The notes beneath the pieces were generated by a model. That model saw only the letters and a list, made by a program, of their open reading frames with translations, searched no databases and was not told the origin of the DNA. This document shows positions 22,901-38,500 of a stretch of 64,000 nt of DNA, piece by piece (positions within the stretch are counted from its first letter, which is position 1; each line of letters starts with the position of its first letter). This stretch comes from Balanoglossus misakiensis (Eukaryota; Animalia; Hemichordata), in the NCBI GenBank assembly GCA_040954595.2, contig CM082579.2:9537625-9601624 (forward strand), given 5' to 3'. The position numbers and the translations under genes are program-made.

Positions 22901-25900
22901 TGTAGAGAAGACATATTTTTGGCATTCTTCAAATCCTGCATGCACTAGCGGTGAGAAAAAGTTATCGTCTGAAAAGCAAATTTTATTCCAATCCTGCTGA
23001 CGACACATGTACCTGTAAACTATTAAGATGACATATTTTTGACATTCTCAAATCCTGCATGAACATTCATGGGTAATAAATGCATTTCAATTTACACAAA
23101 AAAATGACAGATTGCAACTTTTTGATCATTTGCAAAGGAGATCACGATATGACCTTTCAACTCAAATCAGCAAACAACGTGAAGTGTACACAGAGGTCAA
23201 AGATCATGTCTCCCTCTGACATCTGTCATTGCAAATGTTGAGAGAGAGAAAAATAAAAGGATACGGACAACAAAGGCTTCGGTATCAGTTCTGAAGAGTC
23301 GCTTCACTTCCTTCTCTGTGTCAGGTGATTCAATGTACTGGAAAATGCAAATAAAAATATGAAACAAGAAACTGAATCAAGACATCCCAGATTTATTATA
23401 CAAAAATCAACATCTGTAGAATGTCACTCCATGATAGAAATTCTGCCTTCTGAATGACAGAGTTTGACACCATGTACCATAGATTGAGACTGAGAAGTGA
23501 GTTTGGTTTTCAATTTTGATCATGTGATCATCGTGGTATGCACCGGTACTATTTGTTTGGTAAAGTTTCTTTTCTATTATGACTTCAGGCTACAACTGAT
23601 ATAGGTCAGGTAGATTGATTAGTGTGTTCAATTTCGTTGGATATAATGGTACTGCAATAAAACATAGACACAAATACACATATCAGACAGCTGAAGTGTA
23701 CACTAGGTGAGTGTGTTTGTACTGACCTGAAACTAACACTTCTTGTGGGTGGGGACATTTTTTTGGCAAAGAAGCTATCATGTGACCCGGTTGATTATTG
23801 GAAAAATGCCTGCATAACGCCCAGCCAATCGCTAACCTTTGACCTTTCACAAGAAACATTGAGTGGTACCGGGATTTTCAGTCGTCAGTGGGTACCTACT
23901 CACTAATGTGCTGCCAATCCTTCCTTTCATGTTTGTCAGTATGTCCTGCTGAATTGCATGAATCCAACAGTCCAGTAGAAACACTGAACAGTACAATATC
24001 AATAAACGCCATCAGGACACTGCTAAAATTCCACTGCATTGGTTGAGGGGCTGACAATGAAAGCTGACAACCTTAACGTGGTTGACTATTGCAAGGAGTT
24101 CTACTCACCTTTTTCTTGGCCGTTTTCCTGAACCTCCGTTTTCTGACATTTTTTAACGGTGGCGTGACTGGAATGGAAGAAAAACCCATTCAATGACACT
24201 GTGACACGATGCAATTCATTTGATGACGTACTTTACGCAAGAACTCTCCAAAAATATGATGCAGACTAACACAGAATTATTAATATATTGGAAATACGCA
24301 CGGATGACATTTAGGCAACAATGAGGCAATAGAATACCACGCACTTTCATAATTCCAGAAAGTAGCTGGGAATTTGGTGAATCATGCGGAAATATAATTA
24401 CAGGTATACAGCCACCTCTAATTTGCATATGCCTATATATGGCCAAAGGGACGTGCTAATGCTTATATCTGTTGAAAAGGGTAGGTCTAAGTATTCAGAT
24501 GACTATGTGGCGGCGCACTTTTTTGGCGTGTGTGCCACCCACTGAAAATCTGTGATTGGCTGAATTTGAATTTACCATGGTAACAGTGGTTAAATTTGTG
24601 TAGGTGACTATCTACCTTTGATATGTCCTACCAGTAGTTAATACTGCTGAAGGAAATGGGAATACATGTGTACTCACTGCCATGATTCCACTGAAATTTC
24701 TTCTCTAGTTTTTCTTTCTTCTTTGGATGCAACTCGTCTTCTTCGGGCAATGGTTCTTGTTCTTCTGTCGTACACAACAGCATCTGGAGGTGGGGAGATT
24801 TGAAAGAGGAATGTTTAAAAAGTTCACATGTGAGACAACTGCAACGTAGAGTCACATCAAAAACATTATGCACAAGGCAGTCTTTACAATCAGAATGTGG
24901 CTTAAGGTTGGATGTGCCTCCAAATTGAAGTTTCTCTCTGACTAAATTGGAAGTTATACTGTAAACAGGTTGGTTGGAGATGGTTGAAATATATGGTAGT
25001 CATCAAGCTAATGTCAAAGTAGTCTGGTTCCCTGCCCCAATCCCACCGCTGGCTGCGCTACGCTAAAGGGAAAGGGGTCAGGTACGGCCCGATTTCACAC
25101 CCAGAAACCTGGGTGTGAAACAAGATGGATGCCTCCAATGTCCGTATGCCAGTCAAGATTCATCCAGGCAGTTTATTTTGTTTCGTTTGTTGTAAAGTTG
25201 GAAATCGAATGATAAACATTCATGGAGGTGAAGGAGAGAACGGGAAATGAGTATCTTACAACAACTTATCAATTCAACAACTTAATTTTCGTATGTATTG
25301 ACCAATGAGAGCCATGTTTACAATAGGCCGTGCCTGACCCTTTCCCTTTAGCGTAGCGCAGCCAGCGGTGGGATTGGGGCAGGGAACCAGACTAATGTCA
25401 AAGAAAAGCGCCCTCTACAGGTCAGTATTCTTCTACTGGGAAATCTTTCTTTTTTTATCAGTTATAAAAGTTTCTTTTGTTGAATCTTGCATTATGATTT
25501 ATGAAAGACACGTTTAATTAAGGAAAACGTCAGGGGTAACCATGGACACACACAGGATGAATTGTATGGAATGTCACCAACCCTTTGCAGTTACAATTCA
25601 ATAACACCATACATGTACCTGTGACATATCGGCTGTTTTGTAGAATGTTTTTCTGTCAGTGGTCTTGTGCGCTTCTATGGTACACGGCATATCTACCAGC
25701 TAAGAAAAAAAAGAAATGACAGTGAACAAAAACCCATCACTCGGTACTACCCTAATGGATGAGCAATAATGTATGATTTAAAAGGTCACCTGTCTACAAA
25801 GGACGAGACAAGAAAATAGCTGGGCAAAGCCCACAGTATTTGCACGTTTTTGTGGCATTTATAAAGTTTATAGCTTGTCATATGGCATTTTGACTAGTGA

Positions 25901-27085
25901 CAGGCTATTATGTATACATGTAGCACTGCAATGTAAGTGTAGTTTCAAAATTTTACAACTTTCTCTCTTTATTTTTACCTTGGCTGCATATGCCTCTCCT
26001 TCAAATCGCACAGTGCCATGTCTTCCATCAGCTATAAGCAACAAATAGGAAATAAAACCTTAGAATGATGAAAAGCATTTGTCCTAATGCACGGTAGCGT
26101 GATTTAAGGTACATTATGTAGCATACTTGCCATCATAATTTCACATTTTGGGAAATAACACAATAAGGTTACATGTATATGTATCACTTTAGTGAAAATG
26201 GGTAATTTGTAGTTATTTGCAGTCAGTGGATACTTGCCTTGTAATTCAATAGACAGTTTATCTTTTAGATTCATGTTGCCAGACTGTATTAATTTCCTCA
26301 GGCCATCAGATTTGTCCTGCGAGTGAACAAGAGAGTGGAATGAGAATTCATCACGCACACACAGCACCTTGAGGTCAGCACAATATTTTTTTAAAATTAT
26401 GAATCAACAATTCCATTATTCTTTCAGGAAAAAAAATCGCGTCAAGGACCGGGCATAATGAATCTGACGTAGGTAAATCTGCAATACCGAGGGGACAGCA
26501 AAAAAAAACATACAAAAACCTCGAGCTTAGCTACGGTACTGCAGTACCACTTTCTCATATAGTTGTGGTAACGCAGCTGTACCGTTGAGGGTAATCAGCC
26601 CCCCCCCCCCACAAACACACACACACACCACTGTACACCTGCGTTACCACAGCTATTTTCCATAATATATGTACAATCATAGACCCTAGAGAAAGGGTCT
26701 GTCTATGGTACAATATCATTGTCTAACACACAATCCTCCAGGCAAAACCTCGAGCTACTGAATTGCGGCTAGTATCATCGTAGCTGCAATAATTGTATCC
26801 TTGGTGGGTTGGGTGGATGGATGGCGTTGATGCCCCACCAAAGCGCGATCCAGCCACCCAAACCACCAAATCTACAGTATTATTGCAGCTACTATCATTG
26901 TATTGTATTTACATGTACATCATTGTACATTTTACAATGTACACACACCAACAAGACAGGGGTGGGCATCTAAAACTTTCAAAGTAGCTCACCTTGGGCA
27001 TTCGTAAGATAAACTGGTTTTCAAGCTCTGGCGGTAGCTCGGATTTCTTTGGTCTGGGAGGTGCTTTCTTGGATTTTGAAGACAT
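19915..27085 (-). CDS. TAF7: Transcription initiation factor TFIID subunit 7 (TAFII55); coding exons 27085-26993, 26316-26238, 26031-25979, 25699-25619, 24783-24678, 24167-24109, 23337-23265, 22472-22362, 21846-21658, 21129-21023, 20472-20413, 19947-19915
   Basis: The spliced product contains the hallmark TAF7 segments [90 protein letters not shown] and EHDELREIF.D.SSS, plus the C-terminal coiled coil with EN.ALK.RFQ. All exon phases are consistent. Confidence 0.96.
22473..23264 (-). other. U12-type (minor spliceosome) GT-AG intron in TAF7
   Basis: The 5' splice site is GTATCCTTT. The branch site TCCTTGAC (22494-22487) lies about 14 nt before the CAG, with no polypyrimidine tract. Splicing joins C|GC to give the expected VRYEVLADE. 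Confidence 0.92.
22534..22747. mobile_element. MITE with TACTGTAAAAC...GTTTTACAGTA termini
   Basis: Terminal inverted repeats ending in TA; a related copy lies at 32603-32802. Confidence 0.7.
25020..25394. mobile_element. Non-autonomous DNA transposon (MITE) with about 70-bp TIRs and 9-bp TSD ATGTCAAAG
   Basis: TAGTCTGGTTCCCTGCCCCAATCCCACCGCTGGCTGCGCTACGCTAAAGGGAAAG... is mirrored at 25325-25394. ATGTCAAAG occurs at 25011-25019 and 25395-25403. Confidence 0.93.
26032..26237 (-). other. GC-AG intron in TAF7
   Basis: The donor is CAAG|GCAAGT. Only this donor restores the frame (ELQ-A-DGRHG); the nearby GT gives an immediate stop. Confidence 0.85.
26558..26892. mobile_element. Cluster of three tiny palindromic (MITE-like) inserts in TAF7 intron 1
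   Basis: Inverted repeats ATAGTTGTGGTAACGCAG/CTGCGTTACCACAGCTAT (about 26558-26656); CATAGAC...GTCTATG flanked by a GTACAAT duplication (about 26671-26714); GTAGCTGCAATAAT/ATTATTGCAGCTAC (about 26780-26892). Confidence 0.7.
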
Positions 27086-30000
27086 GATTACTGTGGCTAC
27101 ACGTACGAATGCGTTATTCACCGTCTGATGTTTTCAAGCAAGCTAACCTTTGACCTTTGTTCACCACAACCATGGGTAACTTTCCAGTCTGTGTTTTCTA
27201 CCGACATAAAATTTATTCCCGTACACATTTTTGACTTGTTTGAAAAAAAAATATAATAACAACTATGTTTTATGGAAAACAAACGGTCATTTTCCTTATT
27301 ATTGTTTGCGAATTCTTCGTAAATTATTTCTACATTGGTGTCGAACGACGTTTTGACAATATGAGAATTTTTATGCATGATTTGCTTCTTTTATATTCTG
27401 ATTCGTGTTCGAATTTCGATTTGATATATTCAGCACCACTTTCTCGTATCGTTTTACCGATCCCAATTGTGTTTTAATAATGACAGATATCACAATTCAA
27501 GCAAGGGTGTGGTTATTACTGCAAAACACATAACTTTGGTCCTGATTATCGAGTCGTGTGTAACTGTCATGGAACGTGAATATGAATTCGAAACGCGGGA
27601 CAAGTGACCCAAATAATGACTCATTTATTGCTCTTGGGCGATTAGCATGGGTACGGCAGAATGGAGATAAAGAGTGAGTGAATTGCTTTTATTTTGAGCC
27701 CGTATTTTAAAGGGGAGATATGTTCACGATTTTATTGTAGCGGGGAAACAAATGTGTAATGGTGGTGTTGGAATCGTTTGACGTCAGATGGATAATTCAC
27801 CCAGTCTATTGTCAGTCACACTGTACTGTGCTGTCACTGGGCCGAGTCAGTCGGGATTCCAGACTAAGAGCATTGTGTGGGTACACGTTAATACCAGGAG
27901 AAAAGTAGTTGAACTGAAGCCCGGGTCAGGAATGATTATCAGAACTACGCGGAGAACTGAATGGCCGGCCACTCTTGACTGACCCATAATCGTGGCAACG
28001 AGTAAAATATTTTGTAAGAAAAACGCCCCCAACGGAAGAATTTGAAAGCGGCCTTGTTCGATCACGTCTCCATCCTCTGACCATTTCCTGGGTTGCACAA
28101 GTTGCTGGTTGTTATTTGCCTTCTGATCCCACATTGCACATAAAATATCGAAAATATCAGTTTTATCGAGATGTTTTGGTTTATTATTTCTATGTTTTTC
28201 TCCCTGACTTGGTACCATTGTACAGGCAATTTGATTGTAATTGATAGTATACAGAATGTTGTACTACTGGTAAACTGAATATTTTGCCTTTATTTTTGAC
28301 TTACATTTATAGTTTACTATATTATTATTTATATGCAATGAATAAGTAATACTGTATGACAATTTGTCATGCCTCGTTTGCTACAAGAATACAGCTTATA
28401 GTGGCATTGGTATAAAATGCAACATGTGTGTGTAAAAAAATGCATTGTTTCTTAGAGTGTAAGGGCATGTGCATGTTCAGTTGGGTTCTGGGACAGTATG
28501 AGTTACCACCACCTGACATTTGCCCTAAGCCAGACACAGACTGATGGGTGGGGCATGTTTTGGGTGGTTAATAAATTAATTAATTGATTGATTGATTGAT
28601 TAATTAATTAATTAATTAAGCCATTATAATACCCTGCAGAATAAATAAGACCCCATTAGAGATTTAGAAAAGAGCCGGCAGCCGACAAAAACAACCTGCT
28701 GTCAGCAAAATTAAGACCTAATTAACAATATCCTGTGAATGGTCTTGTTTTTGTTTTTTTTCAGAAAAATGACTTCGGAAATTTCATGGTAACTAATGCA
28801 TGTGTTCTTTCTCTCTTTCTACTTTCCAATTTTTTTTGTATTCACAATTTCACAGGTGTCACTCGTTGACTTTGATGATAACGATTCAGTGGAGTTGTCT
28901 TTGCTGCACAGCGTATAGATACACCAGGTATTTGTTGCGATGGTCTTCACTGTCACATTTTCTTGTTTCTCTTGTTCTGTGATGTCCCGTGAGCCGAGAA
29001 TGAAGTCGGCACTCAAAGAGTTTGACCACCCAGCGGAAAAAATTTCGCTGCGGGTCGACCACTAACACAGAGTACAAGAGCACGACTTGTCTTTGTCTTC
29101 TTTTCCCCTTTTCTCTTACTTACTAGCATGCACCGATGTACGTGTGTGTTTTAATGCACTAGAAAATTATTAATATCACACACCCGCACACTGTCAACCG
29201 ACGGCACAACTTTCAGTGCCCCGTTCTTTTCACCCCGTTTTTAGCTGCACTTAACTGTACATAGCTGCACTCTAGACAAAGTCTGTATTTTGTGCACAGA
29301 GGCAGTGGTATGGGGGAGGGGGGGCTCAACACACAAAGCTGCCCTGTGTAATCAGCAAATTATACAAACTCAGCTGCCTCGATTGTGTATTGCATTGACC
29401 TTGAGACTGGGAAAAAAATAATTCAAAAGTGACCAGCGGCAGGGGTTCGGACTGTAGTCTGGGGCTGACAATTACTGGATAACAGGCTTTATAGGGTTAC
29501 AATTTTTTTGTTTTACAAGAAAATAAGTTTATACATGTCTAGGTGTTTTCTGTCTCACGGCCATTGGCAAAGGGTCGTACATTCATATGGAAATATAAAA
29601 CATTTCCGAAGGACACGATAAATTTGTACATGACTGTGAGATATGCTGAAAGAATACTGTTACATTTGCCACTTGTCAGAACTCTGTTCACGTAGATGCA
29701 GCATTGCAATAATTCAACTCCAAGGACATAATGTCTGGTATGTACTTTTAGCTCTGTCAATCTGAGTATTTACCTTTTACATCCATAAAATTAAAGCAGA
29801 ACAGGGCCTAGTTTAATTGATGTGGCATGTGTCCTTGTTAAAAATAACACTTGTGAATAGATTATCAACTAGAGTTCAAAATACAAACTACAACAAAAAA
29901 ACATTAAGTAATTTTTTTCCTACAATTTATTAATGATAAACAGCATAGCACATTGAATGTAGAACTCTAGCTATGTCAAAGCTGGCATTGTACGACATTA

Positions 30001-32318
30001 AAAATACTTAGTACCTCTCACGATAAAAATCTTTGACATTCTTCCATATGTAACCAACAATAATCATTTAAAGTTTACAATATATGTTGTAAGCACTGCA
30101 CTGCTAGGATGTATTGAAACACATTTGTAATATCACAGTCCATGATTCATCAGTGTTGGTTCTAGTCCTACTATTAGTCATGGTAATGGTCACTTACATG
30201 TACCTGTTGATATACAATATTGTCAGCCCCAGAATTACTGAAACGGCCTTGGTCGAAAAACAACAGCTTTGCCTCTTCGGTCATTATTTCTGTCCTGTGT
30301 ACGTACCACACTTTCTTATTCTACTCTGTAAATCTTGTGGAATGATTCCAGTCCAGAGTTCAGCTTGTCAGCGCTTCATTAATAGGGTCCATGGTGTTTG
30401 ATATTTCGACATTATCAGTGGAGTAGAACCAGAAAGTGTAGTCGCCGCATTGGACACAAATGCAGATGAAAATTTTTCGGTTACTCGCACAGCACCTGAA
30501 AGCATGCGTAAATAAAAACACTTGATGTACTAACTAAATCTCTTCCACTAACCTGCACGGATTTCTTTTTATTTTTCCGTTGTTCTGCATGTTGCATTTA
30601 GATTTGCATTTGTTTTGTGAATGATGCTAATTTTATGTGAGTTGAGAATACTAACAGTTTGTTTATTTTTTTGTAGTGTAATAAATAATACATCCATGTT
30701 GGCACACGTTGTCTTGTGTGAAATGTTGTCGTTTGAAATAACTGTAACACTTTCTGTTTTTTCATACTCTAGCTTTGTCGGAACCTGTAAACTAACAAAT
30801 AAGGTTTTTAACTTGTATTCGTAATCTGTAGAAGGGCACTTACGCGTAATTTCTATATTCTGACACATAACCCACTTGTCATTCAATCTTTTTCTCATCA
30901 TCTATAGCAGTGTTTAAATTTCATAAGGGAGAGTCTTACCGAAGACTTTGGTTATCCATGTTATCTGCATCTCTTTAACACATAAAAATTGTCTGTTTAT
31001 CCTTTAACTGTTAATTTTATTTTATAACTTATCTATTCTTTAGTTGTCTGTGGTACATTTTGTAAGCCTTGTATTAAAATCAGGCAATGTTTTTCCTCAG
31101 GCATATTTTTTTACCCAAAAATTGTCACAATTTTCCTCTTAGTTCACAATGTGCATGCAGTTAAAAAGCAACAGCAGAACCTAGTCTGTGTGAAAAATTC
31201 ATGTATCCGATTCTTAACTTTTTGTTACAACTTTGTGTTTCACTGCACAGTTTCAAAAACAACCAATTTTACAAATTCATTTCCAAGTAACACTGTCCAC
31301 TCTTAGTGAAAGATTGTGGTTCAAAAAACAATACACGTAATTATGCAAAATATTTATACTTCACTTTCATTACAGACATAGATAAAGCCACGAATGTGAA
31401 TGTCCGGAGCAGATATTTTGGGGGTTTGTACTGGGAGTATTATGTTATTTGCAACGTGTGGATCCTTGTTGCCTGCTATACTTCTTTGTCTGCCACTGAA
31501 AATACGTCCTATCATCCCTCATTGAACTTTATAAAAATTGCAATGTTTTCTTCAGAGACACATTTGAACCAGAGAACTGATATCAGGTTACAGCCAGCTC
31601 TGATCAGATTTTGGGAAAATATTATTATGGAATATATCCAGTTTTTGACAAGAACGGTAGGAAATTTACTGAACAAATTTAAATTCTCAGAATAATCAAA
31701 ATTAAAGTGTTGCAGCAGCATTATATTTAATGCCAAATTCAGATCACCAAATTCCAGCCATAGTGCTAATGCAGTAATGTGTCTAATAATAATGTGTCAG
31801 CAAAAGATCAATCACCCCTTTGACAGAACACTGTAAATGTGTGAGTCTCCCAAATATGAATGAAGATGATTGATTTTAATGTTCGACCATAATTAATTTG
31901 ACAATACCAAGGCACTTACAAAATGCTACCAAACATTAGTTTTCAATTAGTGTGAAGTGCACACTGTATATAAACCAGTATGATTCTGGTCATCACATCA
32001 TTTTTTTAGACTGAAACCAGGGAAAAGCAGGATTAGTTGCAGGTGTGGGATGTACATGTGCACCATGTGCTGCTCCACCAGCTGTTGAAGCACGTTTTTG
32101 CATTTTAATTTATCCGTGTAAGAAAAACAAGCATTGAAATGTCGGCCCCTGTTCTGCGTTCAGCAGAACCACCATTGCTGTTGATTTTGCCAGTTAAACT
32201 TCCAGTAACCCCCATGGATATCTGCTCCAAGCGAGTCCGTTATTTTCTGTGTGTGCGACGATGTCGAGTTTTGACATGAATAATCTGACCTCTGCTTGAT
32301 TGCTGTGTGTGGCCGTAG

Positions 32319-35503
<3,185 letters not shown>

Positions 35504-38500
35504 CCGTCTCTCTCAAATCAGCCAGGTTCACTCAGATTGTCATGTCGTTCGAAGTGGTTAATTCCTGCCCAGACGATGAAAATCGCATTTGGTCTGTTTT
35601 TAAATTTTTAGGTCCGATTGGTATGTACCATGGGACCTTATGGAATCAGTTGTGTCTGTATGTATGTATGTATGGATGGATGGATGGATGGATGTCTGCA
35701 CGTATAACCTCGATATTTTTTAAAGCCTGCAATGGGTTCACCTTTGCTTGAGTTGCTTCAGTAAAATCAAATGTGTGCGCAAAGTCTATGGTGGTGGAAA
35801 TTTCCATCTGATCTGAACTAAAATGTCTGCGATTTGCCAGTATTCTCCAATATTTTCACTTGGGATGATATGAAATCAACAATTTGTTTGTTTTTTATTT
35901 AGAAATACCTTGCCACTTCCTGAAAAATTCCCTTGACAGAATGAAATGCTCAAAATCCTTGCCTCTACCTGAGAAAAATTCCATTGAAAGAATGAAAATT
36001 AAAATACTTACTTTGTGCAAATCTTCAAAACTGCAAATGTGGCCTGCTTCAAAATTTCAATGTTTTCCCCAGTGTAAAATAGTGAATAGATTTTTATACC
36101 ATTTCAGTGTAGATATTAGAATGGATAATGGCTCTTTATAAATAATAGATGATATTGATGAGATGTAACCGCTAACTAGTGCATTATACATGTACCCTCG
36201 CAATTTGACAACGTTTATACTTTAAATTTAACAGGTCAGAAAGATTTATTCAATTTTCTTATTCGCTTGCTTGCCTGGCTTTTAACAACTCAAATTAATC
36301 GTTTTTTAAAGTTGCATACCGTAAGGATTAATTTTTATGTATTAGTTGGATGAAAAGCCTATGAAAATTTTGAGCTTTTCCCAAACCAGACTTCAGTCAG
36401 ACTTTATTGTTTTCAGTTGTGTGGTTGTGTTTGTGTACAGGGAAATGAGTGTAATTGGCTTAAATGGGTGTGAATACCCATTTAGCTGCCACTTTCAAAC
36501 TTTGTAAATATTTGTCTATTTTCTGTTTGTTGTATTTTGAACGAAATATTTGCCTCTGTGTGTGTGTATGTGTGTGTGTGGGGGGGGGGGTAAAGTAGCT
36601 TGAGAGATATTTGCACATTCCATACCTGCAATGTCTCAGTCATAATTTAATTCAGCTCTCTTTTAGACAATCATGGATAATAATAATCCTGAAGACACTG
36701 TAAGTTTCAGCAGTGCTGCAGACTTGGGTATCTGTAAAAAAAAAACCTGTAGTAGGATTTCCTCGTAATTAATGTAAACTTTCCTGACTGTATCATGTTG
36801 CCTTTTCTCCAGAGATACATTTTGAGGAAAGACATGCCAAACAGATTATAGGTGCTGGATATTTGATGCATATTTTTCCCCATTGGAAAATGCGTTGATA
36901 CTTATCTGACAAAAACCAGCAAACTACACCCAGTCATGACGACAACTGTACAGATCTAGTGTTGGGTTTGTCTGAGATGCGCAGTTAAGTTAATTTTTGA
37001 TTAATTATATGGCAGTTAATGAATCATGGGTGAGATTACATGTCAGTACTTCACATTATATTTTAAAACTGGAAATTTCTTTTATAGGACAGCAGAATGA
37101 TTTTATTATAATAAATTATTCCAATGGCCTCTGGCTTCATATTCTTACATTTGCAACATTTTGGAGAATCACCTTAAAAATAATAAATGTAAACGGGAAA
37201 TTATGACAATCTGGTGAGGGTTTTTTTCGAATAGGGTAAATTAAAGTGTGAAATCGTTACTGTATGATTTGTAAAATTACAGTTACAACTCAAACTGCAA
37301 ATTTATGAGAATCGTGGCAAACCTTCTGCAGAAATGTACACCGACATTGTCATTGTAGATTACTGATTTTATACCTGCTCTGGGAAGCGCGGTCTGTTGC
37401 CAACAATGACTGAGATTATGCTACAAATGTACGAACCGTCAGATAGTAGCATGTGAAACTAATTTATATGCACGGAATTGAACCTTAGCTCCAACTGTCG
37501 TTACCTCAAATCAAGAAATATGTTGTATGGAGTTTTCATTGTGTGTTTGTGACTCTATTTTTTTTTTCTGAAGCTCACCCACTTCAGAGCTATTTGTGTA
37601 CATCAAGTTCCCTGTCTTTCTTGTACACCTGTACTAAGTATATACACGTATCGCCTAATTCTTTTAACTTAATTTATCATTGGATATGTTTAGCAGAAAA
37701 ATGTAGTTTTTATTATAAATAAAACCGCTCTTAAAAACTGATAAAATTAAGTTGTTTCCTGTAGTATCTTCAGATCACCATCTTTTCTCGTGTCAACACA
37801 CTCTTTTCTATTGACATACATACAGATCTATGCACTGATATAATTCCCCGTACTTCGAACGAGTGTGCCTGCATCGCGGACGAGTGATTCGATTCCCTGT
37901 AGGCGAGGAGGGATACAGCTGTACGGGGAATTACGAGTTTACGACGCAGTTACACGAGTGAGGAATACGGGGAAATGATATGTTTATCACATACATAGAT
38001 CCGCTAATTTTGATTTTCAAATAAAACTCTTTGTGATTCGATACAAATTGGAACTATTTCGTGCAGGCTAAAGATCATGATATTGCCCTCGCTAACACGT
38101 GTTATTATTTAACCCTTATATCATCTAAGTGTTATGACAAAGTAATCTCTTCAGATGACCCCCCCCCCCCTCAAATTAGAAACGGCTGTTATAGCTTCTT
38201 TTGATCTCAAAGATGATAAATCTTTGCATAAAAACAACCTTTCTTGGGATTTATATTGACGCTACATTTGTATATTCAATGAATGCCACCTTGATAATTT
38301 CTGCGATCTACATTCAAAAACAACATTGGGGTAAAAGACAATCGCAATGGTAAATGTGTTGATTAATTTTGGAGTCAAAGATTACATGTGCCGGCGGGCA
38401 AGTGTTTTCGTTGATTCAACTGTGTATATATATTTATTTATTTATTTATTTATTTGAATCAGGCTCCAAGCCCATACATGTTCCTTAACAGTGTGTACTG

